A stretch of 64,000 bases of DNA, from NCBI RefSeq assembly GCF_009914755.1, contig NC_060946.1; one strand, 5' to 3'. This document shows positions 40,601 to 54,100 of the stretch, in pieces (position 1 is the stretch's first letter; the number at the start of each line of letters is the position of its first letter). The notes under the pieces were generated by a model, which saw only the letters and a list, made by a program, of their open reading frames with translations, was not told the DNA's origin and did no database searches. Position numbers and translations under genes: made by a program. The DNA is from the human T2T-CHM13v2.0 reference genome, Homo sapiens.

Positions 40601-43600
40601 GAATGGAAAGGAATGGAATGGAATGGAATGTAACGGCATGGAATGGAATGGAATGGAGTGGAATCAACCCGAGTGGAATGGAGTGGAATGGACTGTAATG
40701 GAATGGAATGGAATGGAGTGGAATAAACACAAGTGGAAAGGAATGGAATGGAATCAAACTGAGTGGAATGGAATGGAATGGAAAGCAATGGAATGTAATG
40801 CAGTGGAAGGCATTAGAATCAACTGGAATGGAATGGAGTGGAATGGAATGGAATCAACGCCAGTGGAATGGATTGGAATGGAATGGATAATAATGGAATG
40901 GAAGGGAATCAATCCGGGTGGAATGGAATGGAATGGAATGCAATGGAATGAAATGGAATCAACTCGAGTGGAATGAAATGTAACGTAATGGAATGGAATG
41001 GAATGGAATGGAATGGAATGGAATAGAATGGAATCAATTCGAGTGCAATATAATGGAATACAATGGAATGGAATGGAATGGAATCAACCAGAGTGGAATG
41101 GAATGGAAAGGAATGGAATGGAATGGAATGGAATGGAATGGAATGGAATGGAATGGAATGGAATGGCACGGCATGGAATGGAATGGAATGGAGTGGAATC
41201 AACCCGAGTGGAATGGAGTGGAATGGACTGTAATGGCATGGAATGGAATGGAATGGAGTGGAATAAACACAAGTGGAATGGAATGGAATGGAATGGACTG
41301 GAATCAACCAGAGTGCAATGGAATGGAATAGAATGGAATGGAATGGAATGGAATGAAATAAACACGAGCGGAATGGAATGGAATGGAATGGAATGGAATG
41401 GAACGGAGTGGAATGGACTAGAATGGAATGGAATGGAATGAAATCAACCCGATTGGATTGGAATGGAATGCAATGGAATGGAATGGAATCAACTGGAAAG
41501 GAATCAAATGGAACGGAATGGAATGGAATGGAATGGAATGGAATGGAATGGAATGGAATGGAACGGAATGGAATCAACCTCTGTGGAATGGAATGGAATG
41601 GAATGGATTATAATGGAATGGAATGGAATCAATCCGGGTGGAATGGAATGGAATGGAATGGAATGCAATGGAATGGACAGGAATGGAATGGAATGGAATT
41701 CAATGGAATGGAATGGACAGGAATGCAATGGAATGTAATGGAATGGAATGGAATGGAGTGGAATGCACTAGAATGGAATGGAATGGAATGAAATCAACCC
41801 GATTGGAATGGAATGGAATGCAATGGAATGGAATGGAATCAACTGGAAAGGAATCAAATGGAACGGAATGGAATAGAATGGAATGGATTGGAATGGAAAG
41901 GAATGGATTCAACCCGAGTGGAATGGAATGGAATAGAACGGAATAAACACGAGTGGAATGGAATGGAATGGAATGGAATGGAATCAACTCGAGTGGAATG
42001 AAATGTAATGTAATGGAATGGAATGGAATTGAATGGAATAAACACGAGTGGAATGGAATGGAATGGAATGGAATGGAATAGAATGGAGTCAATTCAAGTG
42101 CAATGGAATGGTATACAATGGAATCGAATGGAATGGAATCAACCAGAGTGGAATGGAATGGAAAGGAATGGAATGGAATGGAACGGAACGGAATGGAATG
42201 GAATGGAATGGAATGTAACGGCATGGAATGGAATGGAATGGAATGGAATGGAATGGAATGGAATGGAATATAACGGCATGCAATGGAATGGAATGGAGTG
42301 GATTCAACCCGAGTGGAATAGAGTGGATTGGACTGTAACGGCATGGAATGGAATGGAATGGAGTGGAATAAACACGAGTGGAATGGAATGGAATGGAATG
42401 GATTGGAATCAACCCGAGTGCAATGGAATGGAATGGAATGGAATGGAATGGAATGGAGTGAAATAAACTCGAGTGGAATGGAATGGAATGGAATAGAATG
42501 GAATGGAATGGAAAGGAATGGAAGAGAATGGAATGGAATCAACTCGAGTGGAAAGGAATGGAATGGAAAGGAATGGAATGGAATGGAACGGAACGGAATG
42601 GAATGGAATGGAATGGAATGTAACGGCATGGAATGGAATGGAATGGAATGGAATGGAATGGAATGGAATGGAATGGAATATAACGGCATGCAATGGAATG
42701 GAATGGAGTGGATTCAACCCGAGTGGAATGGAGTGGATTGGACTGTAACGGCATGGAATGGAATGGAATGGAGTGGAATAAACACGAGTGGAATGGAATG
42801 GAATGGAATGGACTGGAATCAACCCGAGTGCAATGGAATGGAATGGAATGGAATGGAATGGAATGGAGTGAAATAAACTCGAGTGGAATGGAATGGAATG
42901 GAATAGAATGGAATGGAATGGAAAGGAATGGAAGAGAATGGAATGGAATCAACTCGAGTGGAAAGGAATGGAATGGAAAGGAATGGAATGGAATGGAAAG
43001 GAATGGAATGCAATGGAATGCAGTGTTATGGAATGGAATCAACCCGAGTGGAATGGAATGGAATGGAAAGGAATGGAATGCAATGGAATGCAATGTTAGG
43101 GAATGGAATCAACCCGAGTGGAATGGAATGGAATGGAATGGAATGCAATGGAATGGAATGGAATGGAATGGAATGGAATAGAATGGAATCAATTCCAATG
43201 CAATGTAATGGTATAGAATGGAATGGAATGGAATGGAATGGAATCAACCAGAGTGGAATGGAATGGAAAGGAATGGAATGGAATGGAATGGAATGGAATG
43301 GAGTGGAATCAACCCGAGTGGAATGGACTGTAATGATCTGGAATGGAATGGAATGGAATGGAGTGGAATAAACACAAGTGGAATGGAATGGAATGGAATG
43401 GACTGGAATCAACCAGAGTGCAATGGAATGGAATAGAACGGAATGGAATGGAATGGAATGAAAAAAACACGAGTGGAATGGAATGGAATGGAATGGAATT
43501 CAATGGAATGGAATGGACAGGAATGGAATGGAATGGAAAGGAATGGAGTGGAATGGACAAGAATGGAATGGAATGGAATGAAATCAACCCGATTGGAATG

Positions 43601-46600
43601 GAATGGAATGCAATGGAATGGAATGGAATCAACTGGAAAGGAATCAAATGGAACGGAATGGAATAGAATGGAATGGATTGGAATGGAATGGAATGGATTC
43701 AACCCGAGTGGAATGGAATGGAATAGAATGGAATAAACACGAGTGGAATGGAATGGAATGGAATGGAATGGAATGGAATGGAATGGAATCAACTCGAGTG
43801 GAATGAAATGTAATGTAATGGAATGGAATGGAATTGAATGGAATAAACACGAGTGGAATGGAATGGAATGGAATGGAATGGAATGGAATAGAATGGAGTC
43901 AATTCAAGTGCAATGGAATGGTATAAAATGGAATCGAATGGAATGGAATCAACCAGAGTGGAATGGAATGGAAAGTTATAGAATGGAATGGAATGGAATG
44001 GAATGGAACGGAATGGAATGGAATGGAATGGAATGTAACGGCATGGAATGGAATGGAATGGAATGGAATGGAATGGAATGGCATGCAATGGAATGGAATG
44101 GAGTGGAATAAACACGAGTGGAATGGAATGGAATGGAATGGACTGGAATGGAAAGGAATGGAAGAGAATGGAATGGAATCAACACGAGTGGAAAGGAATG
44201 GAATGGAAAGGAATGGAATGGAATGGAAAGGAATGTAATGCAATGGAATGCAGTGTTATGGAATGGAATCAACCCGAGTGGAATGGAATGGAATGGAATG
44301 GAATGGAGTGGAATGGAATGGAATGGAATGCAATGGAATGGACAGGAATGGAATGGAATGGAATGGAATGGAATGGAGTGGAATGGACTAGAATGGAATG
44401 GAATGGAATGAAATCAACCCTATTGGAATGGAATGGAATGCAATGGAATGGAATGGAATCAACTGGTAAGGAAACAAATGGAACTGAATGGAATAGAATG
44501 GAATGGATTGTAATGGAATGGAATGGAATCAAACCTAGTAGAATGGAATGGAAAGAATGGAATAAACAGGAATGGAATGGAATGGAATAGAATTTAATGG
44601 AATGGAATGGAATTTAATAGAATGGAATGGAATGGAATGGAATGGAATGGAATCAACCCGAGTGGAGTGGAATGGAATGGAATGGAAATGAATGGAATAG
44701 AATGGAATAGAATGGAACGGAAAGGAATGGAATGAACCCGAGTGGAATGGAATGGAATGGAATGGAATGGAAAGGCACGGAATGGAATGGAATGGAATGG
44801 AATGGAATGGAATGGAATGGAATCAACCCTAGTGGAATGGAATGGAATGGAATCAAACTGAGTGGAATGGAATGGAATGGAATGCAATGGAATGTAATGC
44901 AGTGGAAGGCATCAGAATCAACTGGAATGGAATGCAGTGGAATGGAATGGAATCAACGCCAGTGGAATGGAATGGAATGGAAGGGATAATAATAAAATGG
45001 AATGGAATAAATCCGGCTGGAATGGAATGGAATGGAATGCAATGGAATGAAATGGAATCAACTCGAGTGGAATGAAATGTAACGTAATGTAATGGAATGG
45101 AATGGAATGGAATGGAATAGAATGGAATCAATTCGAGTGCAATATAATGGTATAGAATGGAATGGAATAGAATGGAACGGAATGGAATGGAATCAACCAG
45201 AGTGGAATGGAATGGAATGGAATGGAATGGAATGGAATGGAATGGAATGGAATGGAATGGACTGTAACGGCATGGAATGCAATGGAATGGAGTGGAATCA
45301 ACCCGAGTGGAATGGAATGGAATGGACTGTAACGGTATGGAACGGAATGGAATGGAGTGGAATCAAACCGAGAAGAATGGAATGGAATGGAATGGAATGG
45401 AATGGAATAGAATGGAATCAATTCGAATGCAATGTAATGGTATAGAATGGAATGGAATGGAATGGAATCAACCAGAGTGGAATGGAAAGGAATGGAATGG
45501 AATGGAATGGAATGGAATGGAATAGAATGTAATGGAATGGAACGGAATGGAACGGAATGGAATGGAATGGAATGGAATGGAATGGAATGGAATGGAATGG
45601 AATGGAATGGCATGGAATGGAATGGAATGGAGTGGAATCAACCCGAGTGGAATGGAGTGGAATGGACTGTAATGGCATGGAATGGAATGGAATGGAGTGG
45701 AATAAACACAAGTGGAATGGAATGGAATGGAATGGACTACAAACAACCAGAGTGCAATGGAATGGAATAGAATGGAATGGAATGGAATGGAATGAAATAT
45801 ACACGAGTGGAATGGAATGGAATGGAATGGAAGAGAATGGAATGGAATCAACTCGAGTGGAAAGGAATGGAATGGAAAGGAATGGAATGGAATGGAAAGG
45901 AATGGAATGCAATGGAATGCAGTGTTATGGAATGGAATCAACCCGAGTGGAATGGAATGGAATGGAATGGAATGGAATGGAATGGAGTGCAATGGAATGG
46001 ACAGGAGTGGAATGGAATGGAATTCAATGGAATGGAATGGACAGGAATGGAATGGAATGGAATGGAATGGAATGGAATGGAATGGAGTGGAATGGGCTAG
46101 AATGGAATGGAATGGAATGAAATCAACCCGATTGGAATGGAATGGAATGCAATGGAATGGAATGGAATCAACTGGAAAGGAATCAAATGGAACGGAATGG
46201 AATGGAAAGGAATGGAATGGAATGGAATGGAATCAACCCTAGTGGAATGGAATGGAATGAAATCAAACTGAGTGGAATGGAAGGGAATGGAATGCAATGG
46301 AATGTAATGGAGTGGAAGGCATTTGAATCAACTGGAATGGAATGGAAAGGAATGGAATGGAATGGAATCAACCCCAGTGGAATGGAATGGAATGGAATGG
46401 ATTATAATGGAATGGAATGGAATCAATCTGGGTGGAATGGAATGGAATGGAATGGAATGGAATGGAATGGACTGTAACGGCATGGAATGCAATGGAATGG
46501 AGTGGAAACAACCCGAGTGGAATGGAATGGAATGGACTGTAACGGCATGGAACGGAATGGAATGGAGTGGAATCAAACCGAGAGGAATGGAATGGAATGG

Positions 46601-48138
46601 AATGGAATGGAATGGAATGGAATGGAATGGAATAGAATGGAATCAATTCGAATGCAATGTAATGGTATAGAATGGAATGGAATGGAATGGAATCAACCAG
46701 AGTGGAATGCAATGGAATGGAATGGAATGGAATGGAATAGAATGTAATGGAATGGAACGGAATGGAACGGAATGGAATGGAATGGAATGGAATGGAATGG
46801 AATGGCATGGAATGGAATGGAATGGAGTGGAATCAACCCGAGTGGAATGGAGTGGAATGGACTGTAATGGCATGGAATGGAATGGAATGGAGTGGAATCA
46901 AACCGAGAGGAATGGAATGGAATGGAATGGAATGGAATGGAATGGAATGGAATAGAATGGAATCAATTCGAATGCAATGTAATGGTATAGAATGGAATGG
47001 AATGGAATGGAATCAACCAGAGTGGAATGGAATGGAATGGAATGGAATGGAATGGAATAGAATGTAATGGAATGGAACGGAATGGAACGGAATGGAATGG
47101 AATGGAATGGAATGGAATGGAATGGCATGGAATGGAATGGAATGGAGTGGAATCAACCCGAGTGGAATGGAGTGGAATGGACTGTAATGGCATGGAATGG
47201 AATGGAATGGAGTGGAATAAACACAAGTGGAATGGAATGGAATGGAATGGACTACAATCAACCAGAGTGCAATGGAATGGAATAGAATGGAATGGAATGG
47301 AATGGAATGAAATAAACACGAGTGGAATGGAATGGAATGGAATGGAAGAGAATGGAATGGAATCAACTCGAGTGGAAAGGAATGGAATGGAAAGGAATGG
47401 AATGGAATGGAAAGGAATGGAATGCAATGGAATGCAGTGTTATGGAATGGAATCAACCCGAGTGGAATGGAATGGAATGGAATGGAATGGAATGGAATGG
47501 AATGGAATGGAATGGAATGCAATGGAATGGACAGGAGTGGAATGGAATGGAATTCAATGGAATGGAATGGACAGGAATGGAATGGAATGGAATGGAATGG
47601 AATGGAATGGAGTGGAATGGACTAGAATGGAATGGAATGGAATGAAATCAACCCGATTTGAATGGAATGGAATGCAATGGAATGGAATGGAATCAACTGG
47701 AAAGGAATCAAATGGAACGGAATGGAATGGAATGGAATGGAATGGAATGGAATGGAATCAACCCTAGTGGAATGGAATGGAATGAAATCAAACTGAGTGG
47801 AATGGAAGGGAATGGAATGCAATGGAATGTAATGGAGTGGAAGGCATTTGAATCAACTGGAATGGAATGGAAAGGAATGGAATGGAATGGAATCAACCCC
47901 AGTGGAATGGAATGGAATGGAATGGATTATAATGGAATGGAATGGAATCAATCTGGGTGGAATGGAATGGAATGGAATGGATTATAATGGAATGGAATGG
48001 AATCAATCCGGGTGGAGTGGAATTGAATGGAATGGAATGGAATGGAATGGAATGGATTGGAATTCAATGTAATGGAAACAACCCGAGTGGAATGTAATGG
48101 AATGGAAAGGACTGGAATATAATGGAATGGATTGGAAT
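37665..48138 (+). repeat. HOR unit, full copy, 10,474 bp
   Basis: Boundary landmark at 37665 and 48139. Internal landmarks CAATCCTTGT 38260, CAAACCTAGTAG 44530 and CAAACCGAGAGG 46574/46899 match 21211-31714. Confidence 0.9.
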
Positions 48139-51100
48139 CAACCCGATTCCAATGCAAAGGAATGGAATGGAATGGAATGGAAGGGAATGGAATGGAATGG
48201 AAAGGAATGGAATGAACTGTAATGGAATGGAATGGAATGGAATTTAATGGAATGGAATGGAATCAACCCGAGTGGAGTGGAATGGAATGGAATGGAAATG
48301 AATGGAATAGAATGGAATGGAATGGAACGGAACGGAATGGAAAGAACCTGAGTGGAATGGATTGTAATGGAAATGAATGGAATAGAAGGAAATGGAATGG
48401 AATGGAACGGAATGGAACGAACCCGAGTGGAATGGATTGGAATGGAATGGAATGGAAAGGAACGGAATGGAATGGATTGGAATGGAATCAACCCGAGTGG
48501 AATGGAATGGAATGGAATCAAACTGAGTGGAATGGAAGGGAATGGAATGCAATGGAATGTAATGGAGTGGAAGGCATTTGAATCAACTGGAATGGAATGG
48601 AATGGAATGGAATGGAATGGAATCAACCCCAGTGGAATGGATTGGATGGGAATGGATTATAATGGAATGGAATGGAATCAATCCGAGTGGAATGGAATGG
48701 AATGGAATGGATTATAGTTGAATGGAATGGAATCAATCCTTGTGGAATGGAGTGGAATGGAATGGAATAGAATGGAATGGAATTCAATGTAATGGAAACA
48801 AACCGAGTGGAATGTAATGGAATGGAAAGGACTGGAATCTAATGGAATGTATTGGAATCAACCTGATTCCAATGCAACGGAATGGAATGGAATGGAATGC
48901 AATGGAAGGGAATGGAATGGAATGGAAAAGAATGGAATAAACTGGAATTGAATGGAATGGAATGGAATTTAATGGAATGGAATGGAATGGAATGGAATGG
49001 AATGGAATGAACCCGAGTGGAGTGGAATGGAATGCAATGGAAATGAATGGAATAGAATGGAATGGAATGCAACGGAACGGAATGGAATGAACCCGAGTGG
49101 AATGGAATGGAATAGAATGGAATGGAAAGGCACGAAATGGAATGGAATGGAATGGAATGGAATGGAATGGAATGGAATCAACCCGAGTGGAATGGAATGG
49201 AATGGAATCAAACTGAGTGGAATGGAATGGAATGGAATGGAATGGAATGGAGTGGAAGGCATTAGAATCACCTGGAATGGAATGGAATGGAATGGAATGG
49301 AATGGAATGGAATCAACCCGAGTGGAATGGAATGGAATGGAATCAAACTGAGTGGAAAGGAATGGAATGGAATGGAATGGAATGGAATGGAATGGAATGG
49401 AATCAACCACAGTGGAATGGAATGGAATGGAACAGATTATAATAGAATGGAATGGAATCAATCCGGGTGGAATGGAATGGAATGGAATGGAATGGAATGG
49501 AATCAACTCGAGTGGAATGAAATGTAACTTGATGGAATGGAATGGAATGGAATGGAATGGAATGGAATACAATGGAATCAATTCGAGTGCCATGTAATGG
49601 TATAGAATGGAATGGAATGGAATGGAATGAAATGGAATGGAATGGAATGGAATGGAATCATCCAGAGTGGAATGGAATGGAATGGAATGGAATGGAATAT
49701 ATTGGAATGGAATGGAATGGAATGGAATGGAATATATTGGAATGGAATGCAACGGAATCAACTGGAATGGAATGGAATGGAATGGAATGGATTATAATGG
49801 AATGGAATGGAATCAATCCGGGTGGAATGGAATGGAATGGAATGGAATGGAATTCAATGTAATGGAAACAAACCGAGAGGAATGTAATGGAATGGAAAGG
49901 ACTGGAATGTAATGGAATGGATTGGAATCAAACCGATTCCAATGCAACGGAATGGAATGGAATGGAATGGAAAGAAATCAACCCGAATGGAATGGATTGG
50001 AATAGAGTGGAATGGAATGGAATGGCATGGAATGCAATGAAATCAACTAGAATGGAATGGAATGGAATGGAATGAACAGGAATGGAATGGAATGGAATGG
50101 AATGGAATGGAATGGAATGGAGTGGAATGGAATGCAATGGAATGAAATCAACCCGATTGGAATGGAATGGAATGCAATGGAATGGAATGGAATCAACTGG
50201 AAAGGAATCAAATGGAACGGAATCGAATGGAATGGAATGGAATGGAATGGAACGGAACGGAATCAACCTCTGTGGAATGGAATGGAATGGAATGGATTAT
50301 AACGGAATGGAATGGAATCAATCCGGGTGGAATGGAATGGAATGGAATGGAATGGAATGCAATGTAATGGACAGGAATGGAATGGAATGGAATTCAATGG
50401 AATGGAATGGACAGGAATGCAATGGAATGTAATGGAATGGAATGGAATGGAGTGGAATGGACTAGAATGGAATGGAATGGAATGAAATCAAACCGATTGG
50501 AATGGAATAGAATGCAATGGAATGGAATGCAATCAACTGGAAAGGAATCAAATGGAACGGAATGGAATAGAATGGAATGGATTGGAATGGAAAGGAATGG
50601 ATTCAACCCGAGTGGAATAGAATGGAATAGAACGGAATAAACACGAGTGGAATGGAATGGAATGGAATGGAATGGAATGGAATGGAATCAACTCGAGTGG
50701 AATGAAATGTAATGTAATGGAATGGAATGGAATTGAATGGAATAAACACGAGTGGAATGTAATGGAATGGAATGGAATGGAATGGAATAGAATGGAGTCA
50801 ATTCAAGTGCAATGGAATGGTATACAATGGAATCGAATGGAATGGAATCAACCAGAGTGGAATGGAATGGAAAGGAATGGAATGGAATGGAACGGAACGG
50901 AATGGAATGGAATGGAATGGAATGGAATGGAATGGCATGGAATGGAATGGAATGGAATGGAATGGAATGGAATAGAATGCAATCATTTCGAATGCAATGT
51001 AATGGTATAGAATGGAATGGAATGGAATGGAATCAACCAGAGTGGAATGGAATGGAAAGGAATGGAATGGAATGGAATGTAACGGCATGGAATGGAATGG

Positions 51101-54100
51101 AATGGAGTGGAATCAACCCGAGTGGAATGGAGTGGAATGGACTGTAATGGAATGGAATGGAATGGAGTGGAATAAACACAAGTGGAAAGGAATGGAATGG
51201 AATCAAACTGAGTGGAATGGAATGGAATGGAAAGCAATGGAATGTAATGCAGTGGAAGGCATTAGAATCAACTGGAATGGAATGGAGTGGAATGGAATGG
51301 AATCAACGCCAGTGGAATGGATTGGAATGGAATGGATAATAATGGAATGGAAGGGAATCAATCCGGGTGGAATGGAATGGAATGGAATGCAATGGAATGA
51401 AATGGAATCAACTCGAGTGGAATGAAATGTAACGTAATGTAATGGAATGGAATGGAATGGAATGGAATGGAATGGAATAGAATGGAATCAATTCGAGTGC
51501 AATATAATGGAATACAATGGAATGGAATGGAATGGAATCAACCAGAGTGGAATGGAATGGAAAGGAATGGAATGGAATGGAATGGAATGGAATGGAATGG
51601 AATGGAATGGAATGGCACGGCATGGAATGGAATGGAATGGAGTGGAATCAACCCGAGTGGAATGGAGTGGAATGGACTGTAATGGCATGGAATGGAATGG
51701 AATGGAGTGGAATAAACACAAGTGGAATGGAATGGAATGGAATGGACTGGAATCAACCAGAGTGCAATGGAATGGAATAGAATGGAATGGAATGGAATGG
51801 AATGAAATAAACACGAGCGGAATGGAATGGAATGGAATGGAATGGAATGGAACGGAGTGGAATGGACTAGAATGGAATGGAATGGAATGAAATCAACCCG
51901 ATTGGATTGGAATGGAATGCAATGGAATGGAATGGAATCAACTGGAAAGGAATCAAATGGAACGGAATGGAATGGAATGGAATGGAATGGAATGGAATGG
52001 AATGGAATGGAACGGAATGGAATCAACCTCTGTGGAATGGAATGGAATGGAATGGATTATAATGGAATGGAATGGAATCAATCCGGGTGGAATGGAATGG
52101 AATGGAATGGAATGCAATGGAATGGACAGGAATGGAATGGAATGGAATTCAATGGAATGGAATGGACAGGAATGCAATGGAATGTAATGGAATGGAATGG
52201 AATGGAGTGGAATGCACTAGAATGGAATGGAATGGAATGAAATCAACCCGATTGGAATGGAATGGAATGCAATGGAATGGAATGGAATCAACTGGAAAGG
52301 AATCAAATGGAACGGAATGGAATAGAATGGAATGGATTGGAATGGAAAGGAATGGATTCAACCCGAGTGGAATGGAATGGAATAGAACGGAATAAACACG
52401 AGTGGAATGGAATGGAATGGAATGGAATGGAATCAACTCGAGTGGAATGAAATGTAATGTAATGGAATGGAATGGAATTGAATGGAATAAACACGAGTGG
52501 AATGGAATGGAATGGAATGGAATGGAATAGAATGGAGTCAATTCAAGTGCAATGGAATGGTATACAATGGAATCGAATGGAATGGAATCAACCAGAGTGG
52601 AATGGAATGGAAAGGAATGGAATGGAATGGAACGGAACGGAATGGAATGGAATGGAATGGAATGTAACGGCATGGAATGGAATGGAATGGAATGGAATGG
52701 AATGGAATGGAATGGAATATAACGGCATGCAATGGAATGGAATGGAGTGGATTCAACCCGAGTGGAATAGAGTGGATTGGACTGTAACGGCATGGAATGG
52801 AATGGAATGGAGTGGAATAAACACGAGTGGAATGGAATGGAATGGAATGGATTGGAATCAACCCGAGTGCAATGGAATGGAATGGAATGGAATGGAATGG
52901 AATGGAGTGAAATAAACTCGAGTGGAATGGAATGGAATGGAATAGAATGGAATGGAATGGAAAGGAATGGAAGAGAATGGAATGGAATCAACTCGAGTGG
53001 AAAGGAATGGAATGGAAAGGAATGGAATGGAATGGAACGGAACGGAATGGAATGGAATGGAATGGAATGTAACGGCATGGAATGGAATGGAATGGAATGG
53101 AATGGAATGGAATGGAATGGAATGGAATATAACGGCATGCAATGGAATGGAATGGAGTGGATTCAACCCGAGTGGAATGGAGTGGATTGGACTGTAACGG
53201 CATGGAATGGAATGGAATGGAGTGGAATAAACACGAGTGGAATGGAATGGAATGGAATGGACTGGAATCAACCCGAGTGCAATGGAATGGAATGGAATGG
53301 AATGGAATGGAATGGAGTGAAATAAACTCGAGTGGAATGGAATGGAATGGAATAGAATGGAATGGAATGGAAAGGAATGGAAGAGAATGGAATGGAATCA
53401 ACTCGAGTGGAAAGGAATGGAATGGAAAGGAATGGAATGGAATGGAAAGGAATGGAATGCAATGGAATGCAGTGTTATGGAATGGAATCAACCCGAGTGG
53501 AATGGAATGGAATGGAAAGGAATGGAATGCAATGGAATGCAATGTTAGGGAATGGAATCAACCCGAGTGGAATGGAATGGAATGGAATGGAATGCAATGG
53601 AATGGAATGGAATGGAATGGAATAGAATGGAATCAATTCCAATGCAATGTAATGGTATAGAATGGAATGGAATGGAATGGAATGGAATCAACCAGAGTGG
53701 AATGGAATGGAAAGGAATGGAATGGAATGGAATGGAATGGAATGGAATGGAATGGAATGGAATGGAATGGAGTGGAATCAACCCGAGTGGAATGGACTGT
53801 AATGATCTGGAATGGAATGGAATGGAATGGAGTGGAATAAACACAAGTGGAATGGAATGGAATGGAATGGACTGGAATCAACCAGAGTGCAATGGAATGG
53901 AATAGAACGGAATGGAATGGAATGGAATGAAAAAAACACGAGTGGAATGGAATGGAATGGAATGGAATTCAATGGAATGGAATGGACAGGAATGGAATGG
54001 AATGGAAAGGAATGGAGTGGAATGGACAAGAATGGAATGGAGTGGAATGAAATCAACCCGATTGGAATGGAATGGAATGCAATGGAATGGAATGGAATCA

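Noticed and set aside
31715-48138. Near-identical copies as a pure assembly false duplication
   Set aside because: The copies differ repeatedly in pentamer count and carry a structured compound junction, which favours a real event. This cannot be fully excluded without reads.
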